Shown here piece by piece: positions 38,234-47,203 of a DNA stretch of 64,000 nucleotides (positions within the stretch are counted from its first letter, which is position 1; each line of letters starts with the position of its first letter). This DNA comes from a virus, in the IMG/VR virus record IMGVR_UViG_3300028394_000059, positions 1-64,000 of that record, one strand, 5' to 3'. Under the pieces are notes generated by a model that saw only the letters and a program-made list of their open reading frames with translations, ran no database searches and had not been told where the DNA came from. The translations under genes and the position numbers were made by a program.

Positions 38234-39199
38234 ATGATTAATAAAAAGATGACATTTATATGTGCTCAGCCGGATGTTCCATATTTTCACTGGCAGGTTG
38301 AGGTGTTCATTCATAGTGCAATGAAATCTGGGATTAATCCAAACTGGATAGAAATCCTATTTGCGTATGACGAAACACCATCTGACGAGGGCTTAAAATT
38401 AGCTCAGAAATATCCATTTATTAGATTTTTCTTTTACCAGAAAACTGTGAGCGAAAATTATGGATATATTCCTATATTAAGACCGGACGTTCTGGAACAA
38501 CACTTCTTTAAATATCCAGAATTGTCTAACGAGATAATATTCTATCATGACTCCGATATAATATTTAGAGAGCTACCCGATTTTAATTTGCTAAATGATG
38601 ATGATTTTTGGTATCTCAGCGATACTATTTCTTATATTGGATCCGATTACATAAAAAGTAAATCTGATAAGTTACTCACCGACATGTGTAATATAGCTGG
38701 TGTTTCTAGAGAACTTGTTGAGGAAAATAATGCAAACTCTGGTGGTGCCCAATATCTTATGAAAGGCATAGATCATCTTTTCTGGAGAGATGTTAAATTC
38801 GTTTCTCTGGATCTTTATAAATATATGCTTGATGCAGAGATGGCAGAGAGACCAACATTAACAGGGGAGGAGCTAAATACATATAATCCCATTCAAAAAT
38901 GGTGTGCTGATATGTGGGCAGTGTTATGGTGTGGACTAAAGACTGGGCATCAGGTCAGGTTATCGCCTGAACTTGGATTCAGCTGGGGATCTTCATGGGG
39001 ATGTCATGAATGGAATCTTCATAAAATAATGCATAATGCTGGAGTAACCGACAACATGGGTGGAAGATGTTTCTATAAGGGAGATTATATAAACCAACTC
39101 CCTTGGGATGTGGATTTTTCTGGGATTGATCCGCAAAGTAACACATACAACTACGTACAGGCAATTCTTTATGCCAAGGTGATGCGAACACAACTATAA
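38234..39199 (+). CDS. GT-A-fold glycosyltransferase, resembling GT95/GT96 protein O-glycosyltransferases
   Basis: YFHWQ..V..HS, Y.PILRP, IFYHDSDIIF (DxD), GGAQY, WCADMWA, IMHNAG. Confidence 0.6.
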   Translation: MINKKMTFICAQPDVPYFHWQVEVFIHSAMKSGINPNWIEILFAYDETPSDEGLKLAQKYPFIRFFFYQKTVSENYGYIPILRPDVLEQHFFKYPELSNEIIFYHDSDIIFRELPDFNLLNDDDFWYLSDTISYIGSDYIKSKSDKLLTDMCNIAGVSRELVEENNANSGGAQYLMKGIDHLFWRDVKFVSLDLYKYMLDAEMAERPTLTGEELNTYNPIQKWCADMWAVLWCGLKTGHQVRLSPELGFSWGSSWGCHEWNLHKIMHNAGVTDNMGGRCFYKGDYINQLPWDVDFSGIDPQSNTYNYVQAILYAKVMRTQL

Positions 39200-39220
39200 T
39201 TTTAAGACCTTCTGATCTGT

Positions 39221-39228
39221 GATATATA
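39221..39228 (+). promoter_or_regulatory. Putative late promoter GATATATA
   Basis: 23 nt upstream of ATG 39252. Confidence 0.65.
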
Positions 39229-39251
39229 AGGAAGCAATCAATCATTAAAAA

Positions 39252-41105
39252 ATGGCAGATATTCAGATAGGTGTAAATCAAGGAGACACAGTTTATTATT
39301 TTGATCAAAGTATAGGAAACATAGTCTCCAGGGATTGGCTTTTTATTGGTGGAACACCAACAGGTGGGACATCCTACGGACCTGCAATAAAGTACAATAG
39401 TACGAATGCATTGGGATATAATACCTCACTACTTGTTACCGATGCAGCGGGTGTTACTGGTGCAGCCAATAAAACCAATATAATTGTGGTTTATCCTGAG
39501 GTTATGACAGCACAAATTACTGCTACACCAAATTCTACCTCGATGGATGTCAACGTTATTTATCAGAGTATTGGGTTAACTGGTAGTGGATATGCTTCAT
39601 ATAATTGGTCAATACCTGGATTAGGAGCAACATCGGGTTCTTCACTGGACTCCGTTACTGGTCCCTACCCCGATTGGTATACTCTGACAGGATTATACAC
39701 TGGACTTCCTGGCTCAACATATATAGGAACTGCAACATTATCGGTAACAAGCAACGTTGGTAATAACGCTAATACAGCAACCAATGTTACATTTTATAAA
39801 TATGGACCCTACGAGGATATAAATTATAATGACAATCCATATTATCCTATAACCGGTCCTTATTACACCTGTAGTGTTTTGAGTGCCAACTCGACAGCCA
39901 TAGGTTTAGGTGGTAGTAATGTTGTTCTTAAGATAGATCAGAATGGCAGCCATTCTGGACAGATGTGGGATAACTTATATTTTCATTCAACAAATGAGTA
40001 TTGCAACTATTACCCAAACAATGATGATATACTCCAAAGCCAATACGCAGGGCAAACATTTGGGATTATTTCAACCAAGATTATATTTTCGGGAGCTTCA
40101 TTAACACTTGCTGGTGCTTCATATACACCTGATTCAAAAATAGATCTTGGAAATTATATTACCACTGGATTTATAAACACAAACCTGAACGATACATTTT
40201 ATATAACGGATTATCCGCAGGGAGGACTATTGACTGGCGCTAAAACGGGAAATAGAGAATGGTCTAATGGTGCTATAAATGAATATATGTCAAATAAATA
40301 TTATTTAACAACTTCCTCAAAATACATAGAGAACGGTGGATTTACATCAGGAAAAATTCCGAGAGTAAATCTAGCCTCCGTGGAGGCATCAGTTAATCTT
40401 GATGCGGGCTCATATAAGTTTGATGGTGGATATGGAGCGGGAGGAACAGCACACGGACCATGTGTACCTAGCTCTAAATTTTTTGATGATAAATTTGGTG
40501 TTAGTGATATAACCGTGGATGTAACAATACAAATTGCAACTGAAAATGCGGTAGCGTACAGCTTTAATGTTACGCTCTCCGATTCTGATAGTGCTGGTAA
40601 TACGCCGGATGTTTGGCTTATTACCGCACAGGATACCGCTTATGGAACTGGTACAGGATTGGTTTCTATATTTAACACGGCTTTAGGATTAATAGGTAGT
40701 ACTAATAAATTATCCGATTTTATTGGATTTGAACAGTCCCCGTATTTTGCTGCCTACGAAAACGGTGGTGCTTCAAATAATGCAGCAAAACAATATGACG
40801 CTGCAAATTTTCCGGGCATCAGGTTTTATGTTAAAGACCCTGCAGTTGAAAATACAGGAACAGTTTTAGATTCAGAGAATATAGCATCTGTTAGTATTAG
40901 TTGGGGACCCGGCTGGGCGGCTGGTGTTGAGGGACAAGGTTACTTTACTAGTGACAGAAAATTAACATCAGTATTAGGATCTTTTAAGAGTGATATTGCT
41001 TCCTGGATTTCCTGGCTCGGATTCAAGTCAAATTGTGGACTTCCTTCTTCTTTTGTAACGAAGGCTAATTATTTAAGAGGGTGGAGAATAGGCGGATCCG
41101 TATAA
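39252..41105 (+). CDS. Virion protein with N-terminal PKD-like domains
   Basis: GDTVYYFDQS.GNIVSRDWLF.GGTP...P.IKY...Y...L.VTD..G pattern, then YNWS. Confidence 0.6.
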   Translation: MADIQIGVNQGDTVYYFDQSIGNIVSRDWLFIGGTPTGGTSYGPAIKYNSTNALGYNTSLLVTDAAGVTGAANKTNIIVVYPEVMTAQITATPNSTSMDVNVIYQSIGLTGSGYASYNWSIPGLGATSGSSLDSVTGPYPDWYTLTGLYTGLPGSTYIGTATLSVTSNVGNNANTATNVTFYKYGPYEDINYNDNPYYPITGPYYTCSVLSANSTAIGLGGSNVVLKIDQNGSHSGQMWDNLYFHSTNEYCNYYPNNDDILQSQYAGQTFGIISTKIIFSGASLTLAGASYTPDSKIDLGNYITTGFINTNLNDTFYITDYPQGGLLTGAKTGNREWSNGAINEYMSNKYYLTTSSKYIENGGFTSGKIPRVNLASVEASVNLDAGSYKFDGGYGAGGTAHGPCVPSSKFFDDKFGVSDITVDVTIQIATENAVAYSFNVTLSDSDSAGNTPDVWLITAQDTAYGTGTGLVSIFNTALGLIGSTNKLSDFIGFEQSPYFAAYENGGASNNAAKQYDAANFPGIRFYVKDPAVENTGTVLDSENIASVSISWGPGWAAGVEGQGYFTSDRKLTSVLGSFKSDIASWISWLGFKSNCGLPSSFVTKANYLRGWRIGGSV

Positions 41106-41134
41106 TAAAAACAAAAAGTAAACTAAAGATATAG

Positions 41135-44100
41135 ATGGCAAGCTACTATTTAATAATGAATCAGATTGACGTGGACTCGGAATTCTATGTTTGGGGATCT
41201 GGTCAGGATTTAAGAAGATTCGATGGAAATACATGGGAATACTATAATTATACAAATTCTGCAGTTCCTAGTGGTGCACCTTATTTCTTAGATACAAGAT
41301 CAATATCAATAGATCCTGCTGATAGAGTATGGGTTGGATGTGCGGAAGGACCAACATCGGGACTTAATGAAAATGCGGTTTTCTATATTGATAGCAATGA
41401 TGTTAGTATAGGTGATAGTTGGACATTTTCTGATCTTGGTAGTTTTACTGAACCACAGGAAATCTCACATATTTATGCTTGTCCATACGGGGATGACATT
41501 CTTGCTTTTGCTACACCACTTAATGGTATAGGTGGAACAGGAACTACCGGATACACTCAAATAAATGGCGTTACTGGCGGTAGACTTTTCCATTATCTAA
41601 TTGAAAATGAGGAGTGGAAAGAAACTGTTCCTGAGTACATCTGGCCCCATATATATGATACGATAGCTAAAGGGTATGATGGTAAGAATTACTTCTATTA
41701 TGTTGCAACATCGGAGGGTCTTTTTACAATACCGCAGGGTACATTGGAGAAGGAGACTCTTTTGGGTGGATTTGAGATAATAAAACAAGCTCAGGTTTAT
41801 AACACAAAGACCAGTGGGATAATATCAGATAACGTTTATTCTATTGACCTTGACGAGGATGGAAATCTATGGATAGGAACGGACGTTGGTCTATCATTCT
41901 TTGATGGAACCGAATTCTACAATTACCCCATAGCTACAGGTCCCGTTACCAAAGTTAAATCCAGACCGAACGGGCACGTATTTTATTCTTCCGGGGATGG
42001 TGAGCTAAATAGCGGTACGGGTCTTTGGCATTTCAACGGAGTGAATTACACACAATACACATCAGCAACTGGTGGTATCGCCAATGATAATGTTCTGGAT
42101 ATAAAACTAGTTGAATACAACATAACACAGAACAGCTCGGTTGTTTATGAGGATGGACTCTGGGTTCTTTGTTACAATTATCTTTCTGATTTTGACTATG
42201 ACATTCCTCATGTTTATGGATCATCCAAATATGAGGGTGCAACGGGATGGAACTTTACATACTACACACCAGATCAACCAGAAATAAATCCAGCTATTCC
42301 CAAGATCAATAAATACACATGGTCTTACCCGGAATGGAGAACATACCAGGATGGGTTTCTAAAGTATAAATTTCCAGGACTAGATCCAAGAAACCTATTT
42401 CTAACTACGGAACTTAGTGATATTGCTGATGGTAAGGCTGGTAAACAACCATATTGGGATAATTGGCCAATTCCATCATATGAGGAGGAAGTTTTAGTGG
42501 AATCGATAGCTGATTATGATTGGGCTGATAATATAGTGATAGGAGCAATCGACTCTTATGGGGGTACTGGAAATATTGCCATAACCTCATCAGCAAGTAT
42601 AAAAACACAATTTGGTACCAAGTACTATGTTGGTGGGTACATATCAGGAAATACAAATGCAAACTTTGGTTACTATAACAACAATGATGTAGCTTCAATA
42701 TCAAATCAAAATCCAACATTAGGTGGCAGATCGGGCGTTGGCGGTTCTAACACTTCCACTGGTGCTCAATCAATGGGATTTATAACTTGCTATAACGAAA
42801 AAGGGATAGTTGATTCAATTCTCCCTTTCAGAGGTTATTTCACAACAATTGAAGATCTGGCACCTTCCCCGGACGGATCCTCAATTATTGCTACTGGACA
42901 ATTTAAAAGATTTATAGAAAATGGTGATTATGTATGGGATTCAATCGAATTGCTAAATGATACTTTTGAGGGAGGTCCTACAGGAGCACCTATAGGGGTA
43001 ACCAATCCTTATATAACTGGATTAACATCCGGATCATATTCGTGGATATATGATCCAACATCACCGGTAACTACATTTAGTGATGACTGGTTATTTGATA
43101 ATACAGTGAATACACCATCTTCCGGTAATTTTGACACGCAGACATTAAATTCTTCTGGACTATATGAGGATGTAACATACATATCATTAAATTACACTTC
43201 CGATTCCTCTGCTAATCTCACTACGGAACTTGATGCGCTTGTAACCGGAAATACACTGAGCCTATATTCATACTCTCCCGCTTTGGCTTATTATAGAATT
43301 GATCGGATATCAGCATTCTCGGGTGGGCTAAAATTCAACGTTACATACATGTCAGGAGCTACTGGGGCCATTGGAAATTTGAGCGTCGGTACTGCATTCG
43401 CTATTAGCGGATATGATTATACGCCGGATACCTATCCGATGGTAAGGAATCTGCAATATATGACGGATACCCTAAATCAATGGGAAGCCGGTATAAAAAA
43501 AGATGTCCAATCCATAGGCCTATTTGTTACTAAAATAAATGGTGATCTTGGTGGTGTATCTTCATTGGCACCGTTAATAAATTATGCTGACTACAATTCC
43601 GCGGCACGTAAGTATTTTAGAACCACCGGATTTAGACATTTCCCAAGAGCATCAGTTATGCGTCATTCAGATGGTGATGATGATAAACAAATAAAACTGG
43701 ATGTTACTAGGTATTCTATAAATCTAGGTATAAAAAATGATGAGAACTGGAATAGTATGGGCGGAAATCCGCTTGGAGGATTTGCAACTCTGAAAAATCT
43801 GTGGAATAGAACAAATGATGGATTTTTTACGACCGATTATATTGCACAGAGCAATAGAAATACACTCTATGCATTTAACCAGGATACTGTATTCTCGTAT
43901 GTTAGATTATCGGTTGATGATTTTTCTCTATTATCTACCATAACATCGGAGAGTCTTAACTTCACACCAGTCGGAGCTTTCAAAATTGCTAGCGGTCAAA
44001 TAGGATCTGTAAAATCTCTAAGAGGAGATAATACAACTTTAGTGACTGGATATGTTGATAGATCATTTACTATGGGGGGAATCGAGATATCAGCGACAGG

Positions 44101-45250
44101 ATCGGATAGACCTTATTATATAATAATGAATAAGGACGGTGTTGGTGTAACTGGAGCTCTAATATCCGATGGGTATTCGGGTGGTGCATATAATTTACCA
44201 GCAGCTAGTAAGGATGATTCCACATATTACGTTACAACCATATTCGGCGGATCAGGAAGCTATTTTGGTAATGCCTTTGTAGCTGGATCAACAGGAACCA
44301 CATATTTGCTAACCGCAAATATAACGGAGCAGGCTGTTTCCAAATCAATGTTTGCTGTCGATCTGGATTTTGAGAATACAAGTTACATGAACCTTAATTC
44401 CAGCGGACCAATACTTGACGATCAATATTACATGATATATGGAATTTCATTGGGTGCTGCCGGTGTTACTGGAACTAATATTATAAAGACAAATCGCAGT
44501 GGAAAAATATTAGATAGCATAAATTTTGGAGGAACTGGCGGATATAACCATACCGTTCAGCTCGATGCGTTTTCTGCTAATTGCGATGTCGATGGTAATC
44601 TATTTATAAACGCTGTAAATAGAACAGGAGTTACTGGGAGTGGTTATTATCAATCTAACCCAAAATCAGCATTCTCATTGCTAACAGAACAATATCAACC
44701 TGAACTAGGTATCAATCTGGGTAATATTATTTCTAGAGCTGGATCGGGAACTTGGACATGGTGCGATGTGCATTCAACAGATATGGGTATGCAGGTACCA
44801 ATTTTATCGACGGTGGTATTTAATAATTACGCTTCAAACCTATACGGAAAACAAAATAATAATTGGATATTAAGTGATTCTAAAACTGGAGATGAGTTAC
44901 TAAATGTAAAGGGAAGCCCTTATTTTATATACACATTTAGCATTGCTGGTAATTACACAATATACAATAGTGTGGAGGATTCGATGGGCAATGTCTATAT
45001 GACAACTAAACCTGGTTATATTGAGGTTATTGACCACAAGATTAAAAGACCTGATGATAAGAATCCTGATGAAGTTGATTCGTTTGATTATGGGCAACCA
45101 GAACCTTTCTATGGAAGGGATTATCAAGCACAGAAACTTGATAAGGATATGTTGATTGAGCAGGAAAAAATATTCAGAGGAGAACAGCCTCAATTTGGAT
45201 CCGAAGTTGTTATACCTAATAACCCTGATGCAACATTTAGAACGGATTAA
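41135..45250 (+). CDS. Large virion protein with Reg_prop-type beta-propeller repeats and a C-terminal PKD-like segment
   Basis: SGIISDNVYSIDLDEDGNLWIGTDVGLSFFDG, GLWHFNG..GGIANDNVLDI, YTFSIAGNYTI; 12 G-x-T-G motifs by manual count. Confidence 0.6.
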   Translation: MASYYLIMNQIDVDSEFYVWGSGQDLRRFDGNTWEYYNYTNSAVPSGAPYFLDTRSISIDPADRVWVGCAEGPTSGLNENAVFYIDSNDVSIGDSWTFSDLGSFTEPQEISHIYACPYGDDILAFATPLNGIGGTGTTGYTQINGVTGGRLFHYLIENEEWKETVPEYIWPHIYDTIAKGYDGKNYFYYVATSEGLFTIPQGTLEKETLLGGFEIIKQAQVYNTKTSGIISDNVYSIDLDEDGNLWIGTDVGLSFFDGTEFYNYPIATGPVTKVKSRPNGHVFYSSGDGELNSGTGLWHFNGVNYTQYTSATGGIANDNVLDIKLVEYNITQNSSVVYEDGLWVLCYNYLSDFDYDIPHVYGSSKYEGATGWNFTYYTPDQPEINPAIPKINKYTWSYPEWRTYQDGFLKYKFPGLDPRNLFLTTELSDIADGKAGKQPYWDNWPIPSYEEEVLVESIADYDWADNIVIGAIDSYGGTGNIAITSSASIKTQFGTKYYVGGYISGNTNANFGYYNNNDVASISNQNPTLGGRSGVGGSNTSTGAQSMGFITCYNEKGIVDSILPFRGYFTTIEDLAPSPDGSSIIATGQFKRFIENGDYVWDSIELLNDTFEGGPTGAPIGVTNPYITGLTSGSYSWIYDPTSPVTTFSDDWLFDNTVNTPSSGNFDTQTLNSSGLYEDVTYISLNYTSDSSANLTTELDALVTGNTLSLYSYSPALAYYRIDRISAFSGGLKFNVTYMSGATGAIGNLSVGTAFAISGYDYTPDTYPMVRNLQYMTDTLNQWEAGIKKDVQSIGLFVTKINGDLGGVSSLAPLINYADYNSAARKYFRTTGFRHFPRASVMRHSDGDDDKQIKLDVTRYSINLGIKNDENWNSMGGNPLGGFATLKNLWNRTNDGFFTTDYIAQSNRNTLYAFNQDTVFSYVRLSVDDFSLLSTITSESLNFTPVGAFKIASGQIGSVKSLRGDNTTLVTGYVDRSFTMGGIEISATGSDRPYYIIMNKDGVGVTGALISDGYSGGAYNLPAASKDDSTYYVTTIFGGSGSYFGNAFVAGSTGTTYLLTANITEQAVSKSMFAVDLDFENTSYMNLNSSGPILDDQYYMIYGISLGAAGVTGTNIIKTNRSGKILDSINFGGTGGYNHTVQLDAFSANCDVDGNLFINAVNRTGVTGSGYYQSNPKSAFSLLTEQYQPELGINLGNIISRAGSGTWTWCDVHSTDMGMQVPILSTVVFNNYASNLYGKQNNNWILSDSKTGDELLNVKGSPYFIYTFSIAGNYTIYNSVEDSMGNVYMTTKPGYIEVIDHKIKRPDDKNPDEVDSFDYGQPEPFYGRDYQAQKLDKDMLIEQEKIFRGEQPQFGSEVVIPNNPDATFRTD

Positions 45251-45270
45251 TTTCTTAATCCGTTCTTTTT
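45239..45270. terminator. Terminator between convergent genes
   Basis: AGAACGGATTAA-tttc-TTAATCCGTTCT 12-bp stem followed by T. Confidence 0.8.
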
Positions 45271-45275
45271 AATTT

Positions 45276-46037
45276 TTATTTGGTTGTTTTGTAATTATCT
45301 TCCCATTCATCGAATGTTTCTTCGATTAATTTCACAATCGGATCTCTAACAATATCATTGATACTAAAGCTCATCGTTCCGATGTCTTCTTTGTTTTCGA
45401 ACAGCTTAACTACCAGATCTAATGATGAGAGTTTAGTGTTCTTCATATCGATCTGCTTGGTGTCACCCGTAATGATCATTTTGGTATCTGTACCGATTCT
45501 TGTCATTGTTGATCTCATATTTTTCTGAGTTATATTCTGAGCTTCATCAACAATAATGATTGCGTTGTCTATCGATCTTCCTCTAATATAAGCTAGCGGT
45601 AAAACTTCAATAAATCCCTGATCCAGCATAATCTGAGTTAATCCCTCGCCAATAATTTTTTGAAAGTTATCTAGAAATGAAATGGTGAATGGCAACATCT
45701 TTTCTTTAAGGTCCCCTTTTAGAAATCCAACTTCTTCGCCTTCAAGAACAGTTACACTTTTAACAAGAATTATTTTTTTAAACCTGGAATCACTTTTTAA
45801 AAGTTTTAAAGCCTGAGCACATGCAAGATATGTTTTGCCTGTTCCTGCTGGACCTGCTGCTATTGTTATTTTATTGTCATTTATTAGATTCATAAGATTT
45901 TTCTGACTTTCATTTTTATACTTATAATCTAGCCTCAATTTCTGCAGATCAAACCTTGACCCATTTTGGTGTTGATGTCCGGATGGGAATGTTTCGTAAA
46001 ACTCTTCGTCAGCGATTCTCTTCTTTCTGTTTGCCAT
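45276..46037 (-). CDS. phoH: PhoH-like ATPase
   Basis: GPAGTGKTYLA, GFLKGDLKEK, PLAYIRGRS, IIVDEAQN, TRIG..K.IITGD.KQID, DIVR. Confidence 0.93.
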   Translation of the reverse strand: MANRKKRIADEEFYETFPSGHQHQNGSRFDLQKLRLDYKYKNESQKNLMNLINDNKITIAAGPAGTGKTYLACAQALKLLKSDSRFKKIILVKSVTVLEGEEVGFLKGDLKEKMLPFTISFLDNFQKIIGEGLTQIMLDQGFIEVLPLAYIRGRSIDNAIIIVDEAQNITQKNMRSTMTRIGTDTKMIITGDTKQIDMKNTKLSSLDLVVKLFENKEDIGTMSFSINDIVRDPIVKLIEETFDEWEDNYKTTK

Positions 46038-46041
46038 ATTA

Positions 46042-46215
46042 TTATTTTATTTTTGGGTGGTAATGCTCCGATTTAATACAATTCGGGTGATTATTGGATT
46101 TGTTAAAAAAATTATTGGTATTTTCTGGATTTTTATCGGAATAAATCAATGATTTTGCGCTTAAAGATATATCAATAAAGCGTTTTTTGTGAGGTTTGAT
46201 TTTTTGTCCTTCCAT
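46042..46215 (-). CDS. Small hypothetical protein upstream of phoH
   Basis: 57-aa ORF from ATG 46215, ending 4 nt before the phoH start. Confidence 0.4.
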   Translation of the reverse strand: MEGQKIKPHKKRFIDISLSAKSLIYSDKNPENTNNFFNKSNNHPNCIKSEHYHPKIK

Positions 46216-46238
46216 ATTTAAGTGTTGTCTGTGACGAT

Positions 46239-46246
46239 GATATATA
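46239..46246 (+). promoter_or_regulatory. Putative late promoter GATATATA in a divergent intergenic gap
   Basis: 30 nt upstream of ATG 46277. Confidence 0.6.
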
Positions 46247-46276
46247 TTTCGCTTTAAAAAACAAATAAAAAGAAAA

Positions 46277-47185
46277 ATGGCAACTGTAAACATTAATGAA
46301 ATTTTAGGATCAGATTCGATATCTGGATCTAGAGTAACCCTTAACTCAAACTTTTTGATATTACAAAACTGGATAAATGGTTACGTAACCGGGTTTGGAA
46401 TTGATACCGTAAATGGTATTATTAATCTATCTAACGCTTCCACAGGAAGGGTACAGGCAAAGATCGGTAAATTCGATTCAATCTCACTGCCATCAACTGG
46501 AGCTTCCCTAGCATCATTAAGTGCTTTAGGTGCTGCTTCCTTTACTGATGTGCAAACAACAACATTCACAGCTTCTGGAGCTCTAAATGCAAATTCCGTT
46601 GTGACATTCGGAGGTCAATCAGTATTTGTTGTTGGTGGTACAGCTTCTTTTAACGCGAGAACAACCTTTAATTCAGCTAACGTACTTGGTGTTCAGGGAC
46701 ATGTAATAAGTCAGAACACAACGTATGCATCAGGAACTGCTGGTACACCATTCCCTTCAAATGCATCAGGCATTGGAGGTGGGGGAGTATTAACATCAAT
46801 TAATTCACCCTATGCTATAACTGGATTGGAGGATGTGCTCTATGCAAATTGCGGACCTACTGGATTCTATATGAAGGTTGTTGATGGAACTTCACCCGTC
46901 GGTGGAACATTACCAAATATACCACAAGGAACTAGAGTTACTATTGTTAATACTTCTGCTGCTACTGGTTATATCTATACTGGAGTTACTGGATCTACTT
47001 CATACTACACCGGATTTAATAATGCTGCATTATATGGTGGATATTCAACTAGTGGTTTAAGTGTAAGCCAGAATAAGTCATACAGATCATCTGTAACTTT
47101 ACAATGGGAACCTAGAGTTGGACAGGGACAAGCAACACAGAACGGTTCTTGGATAGTACTGGCATCAACCAATATTACGGTATAA
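46277..47185 (+). CDS. Virion fibre-like protein
   Basis: INEILGSDSISGSRVTLNSNF anchor similar to the three fibre paralogs; G/S/T-rich. Confidence 0.55.
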   Translation: MATVNINEILGSDSISGSRVTLNSNFLILQNWINGYVTGFGIDTVNGIINLSNASTGRVQAKIGKFDSISLPSTGASLASLSALGAASFTDVQTTTFTASGALNANSVVTFGGQSVFVVGGTASFNARTTFNSANVLGVQGHVISQNTTYASGTAGTPFPSNASGIGGGGVLTSINSPYAITGLEDVLYANCGPTGFYMKVVDGTSPVGGTLPNIPQGTRVTIVNTSAATGYIYTGVTGSTSYYTGFNNAALYGGYSTSGLSVSQNKSYRSSVTLQWEPRVGQGQATQNGSWIVLASTNITV

Positions 47186-47203
47186 TAAAATAAATAGAAA
47201 TCG

